Shown piece after piece: positions 17,474 through 27,520 of a stretch of DNA of 64,000 bases. The stretch comes from Euryarchaeota archaeon UBA103 (GTDB taxonomy: Archaea > Thermoplasmatota > Poseidoniia > Poseidoniales > Thalassarchaeaceae), in contig DAYH01000023.1 in NCBI GenBank assembly GCA_002506825.1, positions 5,593 through 69,592 of the forward strand. The letters run 5' to 3'. Numbering within the stretch: the first letter of the stretch is position 1; the number at the start of each line of letters is the position of its first letter. The notes under the pieces were generated by a model. It was not told where the DNA came from. It saw only the letters and a program-made list of their open reading frames with translations, and made no database searches. The position numbers and the translations under genes are program-made.

Positions 17474-18754
17474 TCATATTCCCGGATATGCTGGTCCTTC
17501 CTCAAAGCAGTATTTGACAGTCTGGAAATCGGACTTGAAGACTGAGACTTCGGATCTTATGGCGGATGGGTCATCCTTGTGTATCAGAGCCCTTGCGAAA
17601 AAGCGTGCCACATCCTGCATTTCATCGACGCCCATGCCAATACGTGTCAGTTCGGGGACCCCTAACCTGAGACCGCTTGGCCCTGACATTGCCTTGGTGT
17701 CGCCTGGCAGCATATTCATGTTGGAAATTATTCCACAGTCCTCCAGGGTCTGCGCCGCCCTCAATCCGGATCCTGAATCAGGGGCCCCGTGCCGGGTCAA
17801 AATCTGGTGGCTCTCTGTGAAGCCCCTCTCCTCAGCAATAACATCGAAACCCTCTGAAGAAAGTGCCGCACCCAGGGCCTGTGCATTTGCCACTATGTCC
17901 CTAGCATAATCTGATCCGAACTCTTCGAATTCTGCTAAAGCTACTGCTTTACCAGCCACGTGGTGAAGGTGATATGAAGAGCATACTCCCGGGAAGATAG
18001 AATTGTTGAGTTTCTTGTGAAGGCCTGGATCATCGGAGTCCGAGAGAAGGAAGCCTCCTTGCGGGCCTGGGAATGTTTTGTGACTACTTCCAGTCATCAC
18101 ATCTGCACCTTCCCTTAGCGGATCTTGGAACATCCCTCCGGCGATTAGCCCCATCACGTGAGCACCATCATACATCACCATTGATCCAGCTTCATGGGCG
18201 GCATCTGATAATTCCTGTAAGGGTGTGGGGAAAAGGAATACAGACTGGCCAAATAAAACAAGATTGGGCTCATTCTTCCTGATTAGTGACAATGAGGCAT
18301 CTATGTCTGGCTCCATTCTTTCGTCGTCCCATGGGTATGTTACTAAATTCAATCCCCTGACTCCCACGGCCCCCATCCTGGCATGAGAAATATGGCCTCC
18401 GTCCGCTGTAGAAACAGCAGTAATTGTATCTCCTGGATTTGTAAGGGCCTTCAGTGCGGCTATGTTAGACACGGTTCCAGAGGTAGATTGGATATTAGCA
18501 AAACTACAGTTAAAGACTCGTCTCGCGGATTTGATTCCGATCTCCTCTATTGTATCAAAATCATCACAGCCTTGGTAATATCTCTTGCCTGGAAGGCCCT
18601 CAGCATACCTGCCGTGAAGATCAGAATCGCACGCCCTACGGACCAAGGGACTCAGTATATTCTCGCTGGCAATCATAGGGATACTGTGACGATAGTGATT
18701 ACCCGAATCTTCGACTGCTTGCAGAATCTCCGATGTCGCATCCCTTGGATTCAT
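17474..18754 (-). CDS. glyA: serine hydroxymethyltransferase
   Basis: It carries the PLP-lysine motif SSHKTFPGPQGG and shows family-wide similarity. I prefer the ATG at 18754 (MNPRDATSEIL) over the track start at 18826. Confidence 0.9.
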   Translation of the reverse strand: MNPRDATSEILQAVEDSGNHYRHSIPMIASENILSPLVRRACDSDLHGRYAEGLPGKRYYQGCDDFDTIEEIGIKSARRVFNCSFANIQSTSGTVSNIAALKALTNPGDTITAVSTADGGHISHARMGAVGVRGLNLVTYPWDDERMEPDIDASLSLIRKNEPNLVLFGQSVFLFPTPLQELSDAAHEAGSMVMYDGAHVMGLIAGGMFQDPLREGADVMTGSSHKTFPGPQGGFLLSDSDDPGLHKKLNNSIFPGVCSSYHLHHVAGKAVALAEFEEFGSDYARDIVANAQALGAALSSEGFDVIAEERGFTESHQILTRHGAPDSGSGLRAAQTLEDCGIISNMNMLPGDTKAMSGPSGLRLGVPELTRIGMGVDEMQDVARFFARALIHKDDPSAIRSEVSVFKSDFQTVKYCFEEGPAYPGI

Positions 18755-18848
18755 GATACTGCATCGAAAGAAGGTCAAAGAGTTTAACGGAAGAGCGTTT
18801 TCTTTGAATATAATTTCAATACGCAATTGTTATTGAATTGTCCCCCTA

Positions 18849-21227
18849 ATGAATGGTATGGACACGCGCCGCTTGCTGAGGCCGATATTGATTGCAACGA
18901 TGCTTCTGGCCTCGACCTATGTGGCCTCGGCTACTGATACTGATGGAGACGGTACCGATGACACCAATGATGACTTTCCCAATGATCCGTGCGCCGATAC
19001 CGATACTGATTCTGACGGGATGCCGGACAACCTAGTTCCCGGATGCTCGGTGACCAACATTGTAGCACATACGTCATTTGAAGATCCATTCACGGTGTCT
19101 AGTGTGAAGTATACGGATAGCGGCAATGAGAGTATCGATCGATATCTATGGAATAACCTGGACCAACCTCATGTTTCTCACAATCAGACTATCGGAGGCG
19201 AGATGGGCTTCTCACTTTACTATGAGTCCAATGGAGGGGTCGGACTCACTGATGGCGATTATTTTGGAACGGTAAACTACTCTGGAACTGTAGGGAACTT
19301 TACAGATGGCAATAATGGGTACCAGATGTCCGATGTAGATGGGGTGACTACTCTGATTTTTGATAGTGTGGATGCAGATTATCTGACCTTTGATATGTTC
19401 CTTCAAGATACATCGTACGAGACATCTACCCCTATTGATTACCTTGTTATTTCATTCAATGGTTCATTATCAGAGGTTTCGATATTGAATACTACAGGTT
19501 TCGATATTGATTCTGACTTTCAGTCTTATCTGGGGAACTGGACCAGTATGGTTACAGATATCTCCTCCGCTGGAGCTGGCGTCCTTGAGGTAAAATTCAG
19601 CTCCAATGCAGCTACCGAATCTTTATTCTTGGACAATATCGAATTTACTTCCTCATCACAGCTTGTAGAGGATGACGACGATGATAATGACGGGGTTCTG
19701 GATGATTTCGATAGTTGTCCGATCGGAGATATTGGCTGGATCTCAGATAATAGCACAGATGCGGACTCGGACGGATGTAGAGATTCTAGTGAAGATCCCG
19801 ATGGAGGTAATAACCAAGGAGGCAATAATCCCGATTCACAGGATGATTCGCATTGCCTGACTGTAAGTAACTTTACGATGAACTCAACTTACTTTGTAAC
19901 AATAGATATCGTCAATATCTGCAGTGATGCGATTCAATACCCCGGGGCCAATGCAAGTGCTGATCACAATGGAGTCATTGGATTTTATAATTACACCAAT
20001 TGGTTTTATGTGATAGAGGGAAACGCTTCTTACAACCTCGGTTGGCAGCTGTCATTTGATCAATCTGTCATAGATGGAACCACAATTACTCTTGAGTTTG
20101 CGGCTTCGGTACTGAATTGTGGCGCTAATAATTCATGGTCGCATGAATGTCCAAACTCGGTTCTGTCACATCAATTCATATTCATCGACACTGACTCAAG
20201 TGGAAATAATTCAGATCTTGACGACGACGACGACGGAGTGAATAATTCGGAAGATGCGTTTCCACTAGATCCGAATGAGTGGGATGACACAGATAATGAC
20301 GGAATCGGTGACAATTCTGATGGTGATGATGATGATGACGGTTACACAGACCAGGTGGAAGGGTGGTGTGGTTCCGATCCGTTAGACGTCAATTCTGTTC
20401 CAACCGACTCTGATGGCGATGGAGAATGTGATGCCATGGATGCCGATGGTGACAATGATGGAGTCGATGATGGCGATGATGCGTTCCCAAATGATAGTAC
20501 TGAGTGGGTAGACACAGACATGGACGGATGGGGAGACAACGCTGACTACGACGATGATGGAGATGGTTGGATGGATACCGACGAGGACTCCTGTGGTAGC
20601 GACTCGATGGATTCGGTCTCTGTTCCTGCAGACTCAGACAGCGATGGCGAATGCGATGTTATGGACCCAGATGATGACAATGATTCGGTTGTGGATATTG
20701 ACGATGCCTTTCCTCTCGACCCCAGCGAGTCATCGGACCTTGACATGGACGGCATTGGGAACAATGCCGATGATGATATTGATGGCGATGGGTGGGCCAA
20801 CTCCGTTGAGGAGGAATGTGCCGGAGCTGGCGGGGAAGGCGACCCGAATAGCGCCAACGAGCGACCTAGTGACATCGATGGCGATGGCGATTGCAATGCA
20901 TTCGACCCTGATGACGACGGAGATGGAGTGGCCGATGGTGATGATGCGTTTCCCTTGGATGCAACTGAATGGCTAGACACGGATAAGGATGGAACAGGCG
21001 ATAATACCGACCCTGATGATGATGGGGATATGTTCGCCGATGAGTATGAGGCCGAATGTAATAGCGATCCATTGGACTCGGACTCATCTCCGGGGGACTT
21101 AGATGATGATGGTATTTGTGATGGGATGGATGATTTCAATGATATCAAGAGTGACAATACTCCAGGATTTGGCCTAATTTCGGCTATATCTGTCCTGGCC
21201 CTTGCTGCGCTGACCAGAAGGGATTGA
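18849..21227 (+). CDS. secreted thrombospondin-type-3-repeat (Ca-binding) surface protein with PGF-CTERM-like sorting signal
   Basis: It has a signal peptide (LLRPILIATMLLASTYVASA). Dozens of DxDxDGxxDxxD loops are present (for example DTDSDGMPD, DSDGDGECDAMDADGDNDGVDD). The C-terminus reads NTPGFGLISAISVLALAALTRRD. Confidence 0.75.
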   Translation: MNGMDTRRLLRPILIATMLLASTYVASATDTDGDGTDDTNDDFPNDPCADTDTDSDGMPDNLVPGCSVTNIVAHTSFEDPFTVSSVKYTDSGNESIDRYLWNNLDQPHVSHNQTIGGEMGFSLYYESNGGVGLTDGDYFGTVNYSGTVGNFTDGNNGYQMSDVDGVTTLIFDSVDADYLTFDMFLQDTSYETSTPIDYLVISFNGSLSEVSILNTTGFDIDSDFQSYLGNWTSMVTDISSAGAGVLEVKFSSNAATESLFLDNIEFTSSSQLVEDDDDDNDGVLDDFDSCPIGDIGWISDNSTDADSDGCRDSSEDPDGGNNQGGNNPDSQDDSHCLTVSNFTMNSTYFVTIDIVNICSDAIQYPGANASADHNGVIGFYNYTNWFYVIEGNASYNLGWQLSFDQSVIDGTTITLEFAASVLNCGANNSWSHECPNSVLSHQFIFIDTDSSGNNSDLDDDDDGVNNSEDAFPLDPNEWDDTDNDGIGDNSDGDDDDDGYTDQVEGWCGSDPLDVNSVPTDSDGDGECDAMDADGDNDGVDDGDDAFPNDSTEWVDTDMDGWGDNADYDDDGDGWMDTDEDSCGSDSMDSVSVPADSDSDGECDVMDPDDDNDSVVDIDDAFPLDPSESSDLDMDGIGNNADDDIDGDGWANSVEEECAGAGGEGDPNSANERPSDIDGDGDCNAFDPDDDGDGVADGDDAFPLDATEWLDTDKDGTGDNTDPDDDGDMFADEYEAECNSDPLDSDSSPGDLDDDGICDGMDDFNDIKSDNTPGFGLISAISVLALAALTRRD

Positions 21228-21305
21228 TGGCGCCGACAGCAGGACTCGAACCTGCGACCTGTGGATTAACAGTCCACCGCTCCACCAACTAAGCTATGTC
21301 GGCCC
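21228..21305 (-). tRNA. tRNA-Asn (GTT), CCA encoded
   Basis: The reverse strand reads GGGCCGACATAGCTTAGTTGGTGGAGCGGTGGACTGTTAATCCACAGGTCGCAGGTTCGAGTCCTGCTGTCGGCGCCA. It forms a cloverleaf with a CT-GTT-AA anticodon loop. Confidence 0.9.
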
Positions 21306-21345
21306 AAGCTGGGCGCGGCATAACACATTCATCAATGAATCGGAG

Positions 21346-22302
21346 TCATTCCCACTCAATCGTGCCTGGTGGTTTATGTGTAATATCATACACTACCCTG
21401 TTTACTTGTCCTTTCAGAGAGTTAGTTATCTCGGTGCTAATGGATGCTAGAACCTCATGAGGTATGTCAGAATACTTGGCGCTCATCCCGTCCAGACTAG
21501 CTACAGCTCGAACAACTACAGTCTCGCCGTGGACCCTAGTGTCTCCGTGTACTCCGACGCTCCTTACTGGCAGTAATGCAGCGAAATATTGCCAAGGAAG
21601 GTCGCATTTTCCTGCGGCCGCGGCTTCCTGAAGTCTAATCTCCACGATATGACAGGCTTCACGGCAGGACTCGACTCTTTGCCTGGTCAGATCCCCCAAG
21701 ACCCTGACAGCTAGGCCGGGACCAGGGAAAGGTTGTCTCTCGCTAGATTTTATCCCTAGGCGACGGGCAATTTGTCTAACCTCATCCTTGTAGAATTCAC
21801 GAAGTGGTTCGACTATCTTAAGATCGACATCATCTGGCAACCCTCCGACATTATGATGACTCTTGATGACGTCCCTCTCTCCTCCTCCGGACTCGATCCA
21901 ATCTGGCGCTATGGTGCCCTGCACTAGGAATTTTGCGCCGCACTTTTCCTGCTCTTCCTCGAAGACTCTGATAAATTGCTCACCGATAACCTTCCTCTTC
22001 TCTTCAGGATCGGTGACCCCATCTAAGTTACTGAAGAATCTTTCAGATGCGTCGACAACCTGCAGATCAATACCCATCTCCTTGAACATCTCCCTGACCT
22101 CCTCGGTCTCCCCCTTGCGCATGAATCCGGTATCGACATAGACGCAGTGGAGTAAACTTCCAACAGCACGGTGAGCGAGTACTGCGGCTACAGTACTGTC
22201 AATACCCCCCGAACAAGCTATAATTGCTGTATCGTCAATCTGGGAGTCCAATGCTTCGATAGCCTCATCGACCAGCATCTGAGTGTCCATCACTGGATTC
22301 AC
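21346..22302 (-). CDS. guaA: GMP synthase, ATP-pyrophosphatase subunit B (archaeal two-subunit type)
   Basis: It has the PP-loop motif [11 protein letters not shown]. The C-terminus KPPGTIEWE is typical of GMP synthase. The 318-aa protein lacks a GATase domain. Confidence 0.9.
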   Translation of the reverse strand: MNPVMDTQMLVDEAIEALDSQIDDTAIIACSGGIDSTVAAVLAHRAVGSLLHCVYVDTGFMRKGETEEVREMFKEMGIDLQVVDASERFFSNLDGVTDPEEKRKVIGEQFIRVFEEEQEKCGAKFLVQGTIAPDWIESGGGERDVIKSHHNVGGLPDDVDLKIVEPLREFYKDEVRQIARRLGIKSSERQPFPGPGLAVRVLGDLTRQRVESCREACHIVEIRLQEAAAAGKCDLPWQYFAALLPVRSVGVHGDTRVHGETVVVRAVASLDGMSAKYSDIPHEVLASISTEITNSLKGQVNRVVYDITHKPPGTIEWE

Positions 22303-22772
22303 CCCTGAATGGACTCGTCGTCAGAGATTACCTTCGCGGTCATTGCTTCCCTGTAATCTCTGTAAGCACCAGAAAGTGTTTCGTCCGAGGTGGCGAGTAT
22401 CTGTACTGCTAATGCGCCTGCATTATCGCCACGATCTACACCTACGGTTGCCACAGGCATTCCGGGTGGCATTTGAACGATAGAGAGCAAGGAGTCCATC
22501 GGCACCTTTCCCCCGACTGGCACACCTATTACTGGCTTACTAGTCATTGAGGCTATCACTCCCGGAAGGGCGGCGGCGACACCTGCCATTCCAATGAAAA
22601 CTTGGCATCCTGAATCCTCAGCGGCGCTGATGATACCCTCGAGATATTTGGGTGCCCTGTGTGCGGAAGCAACCCTGATTTCGAAGGTTACATCGAACTT
22701 CTCCAGCACGGAGCGGCATTTCTCAGCGATAGGCAAATCTGATTTCGAACCAAGCACGACACATATGTCCAT
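22299..22772 (-). CDS. purE: 5-(carboxyamino)imidazole ribonucleotide mutase (PurE)
   Basis: The motifs [14 protein letters not shown]...ASAHRAP and GVPV match the PurE family over 157 aa. It shares an ATGA overlap with guaA. Confidence 0.9.
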   Translation of the reverse strand: MDICVVLGSKSDLPIAEKCRSVLEKFDVTFEIRVASAHRAPKYLEGIISAAEDSGCQVFIGMAGVAAALPGVIASMTSKPVIGVPVGGKVPMDSLLSIVQMPPGMPVATVGVDRGDNAGALAVQILATSDETLSGAYRDYREAMTAKVISDDESIQG

Positions 22773-22810
22773 GACTCTCGGGACGTAAGGAGGTTCAAAT
22801 GCCTGCCGTT

Positions 22811-23713
22811 CTATTCTTCCTCATCAGAGACTATGAGGCCAATTGGCCACTCAGTATCGGGACTAATGAATTGAAGACCTCCGATTACCCTCATTATGTC
22901 TCCAGAGAATTTGTGCCCTTCGAAAAGACAGTCTTGTACGAAGCCAAATTTACAGATGTAAGACAATGAAATGTAATCCATATTGGCCCTTGAAAGCCCA
23001 TAAAGTACCATTTCTCCTTCTCCAAGGGGCACTGAAGCTATTTTGCCCCTGTTCCATACTTCTGAATATACCTGCCATTCATCGGAAAGTTTTCCCGAGT
23101 CCCATGAAGATTTATTGATAGGGAGGATGATTCTGGCTGGGGGTATTGAAAACACCTCTGATATCATCTCAATAGACCTAATGAAGGCAATCAAGAAAAC
23201 AGCATAAGCGGCCCATCCCAGCATTGACGAGTAGTAAATATGTGCCAAAAATAGAACTCCTCCGATGGCCAAGAGTATCCAATCTATTGGCAGAATAATG
23301 AAGGCATCACTAGAAGTTGGTTGGGCGTTTCTTGCATTAGAAACAGGAACAATTAGCAAAATCCATGAAATTATGAAAAGTACTCCTGAAACAATCTGAT
23401 CGTCTGGTGTTCTACCTGTAAAGATCAGTGGAAAAATGCTTGAGATAAGGAAGAACGGCGACCATGCAACTGGTTTCAGTATAGGCCACGCCAGAGGTCG
23501 CATTCTCTGTCTCGCCCAACCAAATCTATGCTCGAACGTCGGGGTTGCCATCCCCGGTGGGAAATGCATCTCTGAATTCCTAATCAGGGGCACATTGTGC
23601 GTTCTCTGCATGTCCCACCAAGCTGGATCTCCGCGTAGCCAGTTCCTATCACCATGCGCCTCCATTGAATAGCGACGGAGGAGTTTAGCATATGAATTAG
23701 GACGAGTGTTCAT
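22811..23713 (-). CDS. hypothetical membrane protein (about 4 TM) with C-terminal soluble domain and -DEEE tail
   Basis: The 300-aa ORF sits inside the gcvP-purE-guaA co-directional string. It overlaps the gcvPB 3' end by 17 nt. I recognised no family. Confidence 0.55.
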   Translation of the reverse strand: MNTRPNSYAKLLRRYSMEAHGDRNWLRGDPAWWDMQRTHNVPLIRNSEMHFPPGMATPTFEHRFGWARQRMRPLAWPILKPVAWSPFFLISSIFPLIFTGRTPDDQIVSGVLFIISWILLIVPVSNARNAQPTSSDAFIILPIDWILLAIGGVLFLAHIYYSSMLGWAAYAVFLIAFIRSIEMISEVFSIPPARIILPINKSSWDSGKLSDEWQVYSEVWNRGKIASVPLGEGEMVLYGLSRANMDYISLSYICKFGFVQDCLFEGHKFSGDIMRVIGGLQFISPDTEWPIGLIVSDEEE

Positions 23714-25205
23714 CCTTCGGATATCTCAGAATGAGATTTCGAGCGGCCCAAACTTCGTCCACTCTTCCCACCGGAGTGGTATGAGGGGCGGTTAGAACCA
23801 CCTCTGGGTCCTCTGCTAGGATGGCATGGAAGTCTTCGGCGAACTTATCCAAAACTTCCTTCGACTCAGTCTCTGTGGGTTCGAACATTAGGCATTCGGG
23901 AACTATCTGGGGGAAGTATAGTGTGGGCGCCATATAGCCAAAATCTAGGAGCCTCTTTGCTACGTCCTTCCCGCTAACTCCTGTCAACTCCTTTAGAGGA
24001 GACATTGAAAGCGTGAATTCATGCTTAACTACGTCAGCCGGACAGCCTTCAATTGGCATGGCATGAATATTCAGCTCTGGATTGGGATTCATTATCCTAT
24101 GTCTGAGGTAGTTTGCATTGAGAACCGCATGCTCACTCATCCTCTCCAAATCACGACCATATCTCCGATAGAAGGCCCATGCCCTTACTACTGCCCCTGC
24201 ATTTCCGTTCCACTGCTGGACCTTTCCTATAGATTGCTCAGGAGAGACCCAATGATACCAGAAACCGTCTCCCACAGTACCGGATTCATCAGAGGGGAGC
24301 TCTTTACGCCCTACCAAAGGAGTTGGGAGGAACTTCGAGAGATGTTCCTTTACTCCTATGGGGCCGCTTCCCGGCCCACCTCCGCCATGTGGCTGACTGA
24401 AGGTTTTGTGGAGATTATAGTGTACTGCATCGAAACCCATCCTTCCGGGGTCGGTCTTACCCAGAATCGCATTGAAATTAGCGCCATCGTAGTACATCTG
24501 TCCTCCCGCAGAATGGACAATCTCTGTTGCTTCGGCGATTTCGGGCTCGAAAACGCCTAATGTACTTGGATTAGTAATCATCATCGCAGCAGTATCTTCG
24601 CCCACCGCTGAGCGGAGCGCATCCAGATCAATACGGCCGTCTTTCGCACTTGGAATCTCTATTATCTGATATCCGCACATCGAAGCGGATGCAGGGTTTG
24701 TTCCATGTGCCGAATCGGGCACAATCACCTTATCGCGATGGCCTTCTCCTCGTTCTCTGTGGAACTCTTGGATACATCTAATTGCAGTGAATTCTCCTTG
24801 TGCGCCTGCGACTGGCTGGAGTGTCACTGTATCCATTCCAGAGCATATTGCTAGCATCTCCTGCATCTCGTAGTATATTGCAAGAAGGCCCTGAACCTGA
24901 GCCTCGGGCTGCAAAGGATGGATACGGTCGATTCCTGGATTCTGTACTATCTTCTCGTTTAGCCTCGGATTATGCTTCATCGTACAGGAGCCCAACGGGT
25001 AGAAGCCGGTATCTATTCCAAAATTTTTCTGAGAAAGTTTGGTGTAATGTCTGACTAGCTCCGGCTCGCTAGCTCTAGGCCACTCCGGCAGGCTATTTCT
25101 CCTCAGAGATTCTGGAATCTGACTAATGGAGTCATCTGTTAGAGGGGGTGGTTGGGACCAACCAGCGCTCTTGGAGCCGTTGAAGTCAAAAATTGTATCA
25201 GTCAT
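23697..25205 (-). CDS. gcvPB: glycine dehydrogenase (decarboxylating) subunit 2
   Basis: It resembles the P-protein C-terminal half (HLNLHKTF..PHGGGGPG). I prefer the ATG at 25205 (MTDTIFDF), which forms an ATGA overlap with the gcvPA stop. The track start is 25295. Confidence 0.9.
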   Translation of the reverse strand: MTDTIFDFNGSKSAGWSQPPPLTDDSISQIPESLRRNSLPEWPRASEPELVRHYTKLSQKNFGIDTGFYPLGSCTMKHNPRLNEKIVQNPGIDRIHPLQPEAQVQGLLAIYYEMQEMLAICSGMDTVTLQPVAGAQGEFTAIRCIQEFHRERGEGHRDKVIVPDSAHGTNPASASMCGYQIIEIPSAKDGRIDLDALRSAVGEDTAAMMITNPSTLGVFEPEIAEATEIVHSAGGQMYYDGANFNAILGKTDPGRMGFDAVHYNLHKTFSQPHGGGGPGSGPIGVKEHLSKFLPTPLVGRKELPSDESGTVGDGFWYHWVSPEQSIGKVQQWNGNAGAVVRAWAFYRRYGRDLERMSEHAVLNANYLRHRIMNPNPELNIHAMPIEGCPADVVKHEFTLSMSPLKELTGVSGKDVAKRLLDFGYMAPTLYFPQIVPECLMFEPTETESKEVLDKFAEDFHAILAEDPEVVLTAPHTTPVGRVDEVWAARNLILRYPKDEHSS

Positions 25206-26566
25206 GATGACGCCTCCACCCAAGAAGAGAGTGACTTCTTCAACGAGGAAATGTCGGATTCTGAGGTCCTCTCGTCGCATCCGATTAGTATCCATGATTC
25301 CTTTTCAGGCCACCACTGGCTGATATCAAACCCGCCGATAACACCCAGTTCGAATATGTGAGACAGGGCTTCGGAAGATTTACCCGGAACCTTGACCGCG
25401 AACTCCCTGAAAACCGGAGATTTTGGAAATGCGAATTCGAGCCCTTCTAAAGAAGACAGCTCATCGATCGCCATCCTAGTTGAGGACAATATCCTAGTTG
25501 AGAGAGTTTCTAACCCGACGGGACCGAGAAGAGCCATGTGCATCGCACCCATTAATGCAATTAGAGTCTCATTGGAACAGATGTTTGAGGTAGCCCTATG
25601 TCTGCGGATATGCTGCTCCCTAGTAGACAGAGTGAGGGTGTAAGCAGTCTTTCCCGCAGTATCTATACTCTGTCCGACTATTCTACCTGGCATCAGACGC
25701 AAGAAGTCTTTTTTACAGGCGAAAATACCGTAAATTGGACCGCCGGCAGTTGGCCCTATCCCGAAAGGTTGGCCCTCCCCGACTACTATATCTGCTCCCC
25801 AATTTCCTGGTGGCTCGACTAATCCAAGGGAAGTAACGTCGACTCCCACAATGATGGCGGTTTTTTCCCCCACGGTATCCCTCAGCCTCAGTAGTCCCTC
25901 GTCAAGAATTCCAAATGCATTAGGCTGCTCGACATAAATAGCACAAGATCCTGCGGCACCGGAGGCGGCTTCCAAATCCAAGAAACCGTCTTCATTGTGT
26001 GGTATTTTTCTAATTTCTATACCCACTCCTTGCGTATAATTCTCAATTACTGACATCCTGTGAGGAGGGACTAACTCGGAAACATAAACAGTATTTGGCA
26101 TCTCTACCTTCTTCGACTTGACTCTGACGGCACAGGTTATCGCTTCAGCGGCAGATGTACTAGCATCGTACATTGAAACATTTGAGATTGGAAGGCCTAC
26201 TAGCTCTGAAATCATTGTCTGGAACTCCCACATAGCCTGGAGCATCCCTTGACTGACTTCGGGCTGATAGGGAGTATACGAGGTAAGGAATTCACCTCTT
26301 GTAGCGATCATCGGCACCATTGATGGTACGAAATTTCTAGCCAGCCCTGCTGAAATGAAGGATGGCCTGCTATCGAGATTAACATTGGCCCCCAAGAGCT
26401 TCTCGGCATCTCTGAGTATCTCTTCCTCTGACTGAGGGGGAGGCAAAGGGAGCGGTCCTTCTGATCTTATTGCGGCGGGGATGTCTTCGAACAAATCTTC
26501 CATGGAAGATACCCCCATAATGTCAAGCATTTCCTGCTCTCTTCCGAGGTTTGGCAATTGGTCCAT
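25202..26566 (-). CDS. gcvPA: glycine dehydrogenase (decarboxylating) subunit 1
   Basis: It resembles the P-protein N-terminal half (TSYTPYQPEVSQG, REQHIRR..ATSNICS) over 454 aa. Confidence 0.9.
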   Translation of the reverse strand: MDQLPNLGREQEMLDIMGVSSMEDLFEDIPAAIRSEGPLPLPPPQSEEEILRDAEKLLGANVNLDSRPSFISAGLARNFVPSMVPMIATRGEFLTSYTPYQPEVSQGMLQAMWEFQTMISELVGLPISNVSMYDASTSAAEAITCAVRVKSKKVEMPNTVYVSELVPPHRMSVIENYTQGVGIEIRKIPHNEDGFLDLEAASGAAGSCAIYVEQPNAFGILDEGLLRLRDTVGEKTAIIVGVDVTSLGLVEPPGNWGADIVVGEGQPFGIGPTAGGPIYGIFACKKDFLRLMPGRIVGQSIDTAGKTAYTLTLSTREQHIRRHRATSNICSNETLIALMGAMHMALLGPVGLETLSTRILSSTRMAIDELSSLEGLEFAFPKSPVFREFAVKVPGKSSEALSHIFELGVIGGFDISQWWPEKESWILIGCDERTSESDISSLKKSLSSWVEASS

Positions 26567-26674
26567 GGTAGCCCTCAGCTAATTGGAGGCATAGGGAGTT
26601 TATGATTATCTTTGGTAGGGATTCTGCATGGGAGACCGACACACTCTTATTACTCCCAAGTTAGTCAGTGCACC

Positions 26675-27520
26675 ATGAAGGTCGCAATTACTGCCTCAGA
26701 TGCATTCGTGGCGCCTTACATTATTGATGCCCTAGGGGATGCGGCGGTGGTAATTCCAGATGAGGCCTTGGGAGATAGTATGACTCTTGACGTGATGCTG
26801 ACTCCCTGTAATGCATTGATACATATTAATTCAAGACCTGTTAATACCAGTGTTGCCAGAAATGATCGTGAAGCCAAAATTATGATGAGAGAGGCCGCGA
26901 GACCTGTTTTAGATGCAGTGAACAGGCATGGAGAGCTTCACATGATCATAGTCGGGACACTGCGAGTATACACTCATTGGTCTCCTGGTGATGACTATTA
27001 TGGCCCGGAATCGTCACTATCTCCAAGAGATACTGCTGCAGAAGGTCAGCTATGGATTGAGGAGAATGCCCTAGAGAGAGCAGAGTCAGGGAGACCAGTT
27101 AGTGTCATCAGGGCATCTAACGTTCAGGGCGTCCCTCTGGAAGGCCCACCTGGCAATGGAATTCTTCATCGATGGGCGAATGAGAGTCAAATTGGTTGGA
27201 TAAACGTACCTGGATCGGGGGAGGATGTCAAGGACTTGGTCCATGTCCAGGATTTGGTACAAACCGTACTATCTGTTCTTGAAAACCCCCCTCTAACGAG
27301 GGAGAGCTTTGCCGTTGGCTCTGGCAAGGGAATCACTATGAGTGAACTTGCGAATATCTACAATAGCAAAACTGGTGCTTCTGTGGAGCTGAACCAGAAT
27401 TCCGATGGAGAGGTTTGGGGGATCGTAGATGCTTGGTTCCTAGAGCATAGATGTGGGTTCAGACCCACGGTTAGCCTCGAGGAAATGATTGATGAGTCAC
27501 TTGCCGCCTCTGGTTACTGA
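26675..27520 (+). CDS. NAD-dependent epimerase/dehydratase-like protein with degenerate cofactor and catalytic motifs
   Basis: Its extended-SDR-like layout starts at MKVAITASDAFVAPYIIDAL, where TGxxGxxG would normally sit. The region corresponding to YxxxK reads PRDTAAEGQLWIEE. The start is taken as M22 of track ORF 26612..27520. Confidence 0.45.
   Translation: MKVAITASDAFVAPYIIDALGDAAVVIPDEALGDSMTLDVMLTPCNALIHINSRPVNTSVARNDREAKIMMREAARPVLDAVNRHGELHMIIVGTLRVYTHWSPGDDYYGPESSLSPRDTAAEGQLWIEENALERAESGRPVSVIRASNVQGVPLEGPPGNGILHRWANESQIGWINVPGSGEDVKDLVHVQDLVQTVLSVLENPPLTRESFAVGSGKGITMSELANIYNSKTGASVELNQNSDGEVWGIVDAWFLEHRCGFRPTVSLEEMIDESLAASGY

Noticed and set aside
20546-21157. A 203-aa Ser-rich ORF, plus several others at 19526-21087, antisense to or out of frame with the TSP3-repeat gene.
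   Set aside because: These are shadow ORFs created by the GAT/GAC-rich repeat codons of the sense gene. Their low-complexity Ser/Pro composition has no independent support.
26612-26674. An apparent frame inconsistency when I translated 26630-26650 by eye, compared with the track ORF (MVGILHGRPTHSYY...).
   Set aside because: This is most likely my own misreading of one base. The computed track shows a continuous ORF, so I deferred to it. I only moved the start to the internal ATG predicted from the track frame.
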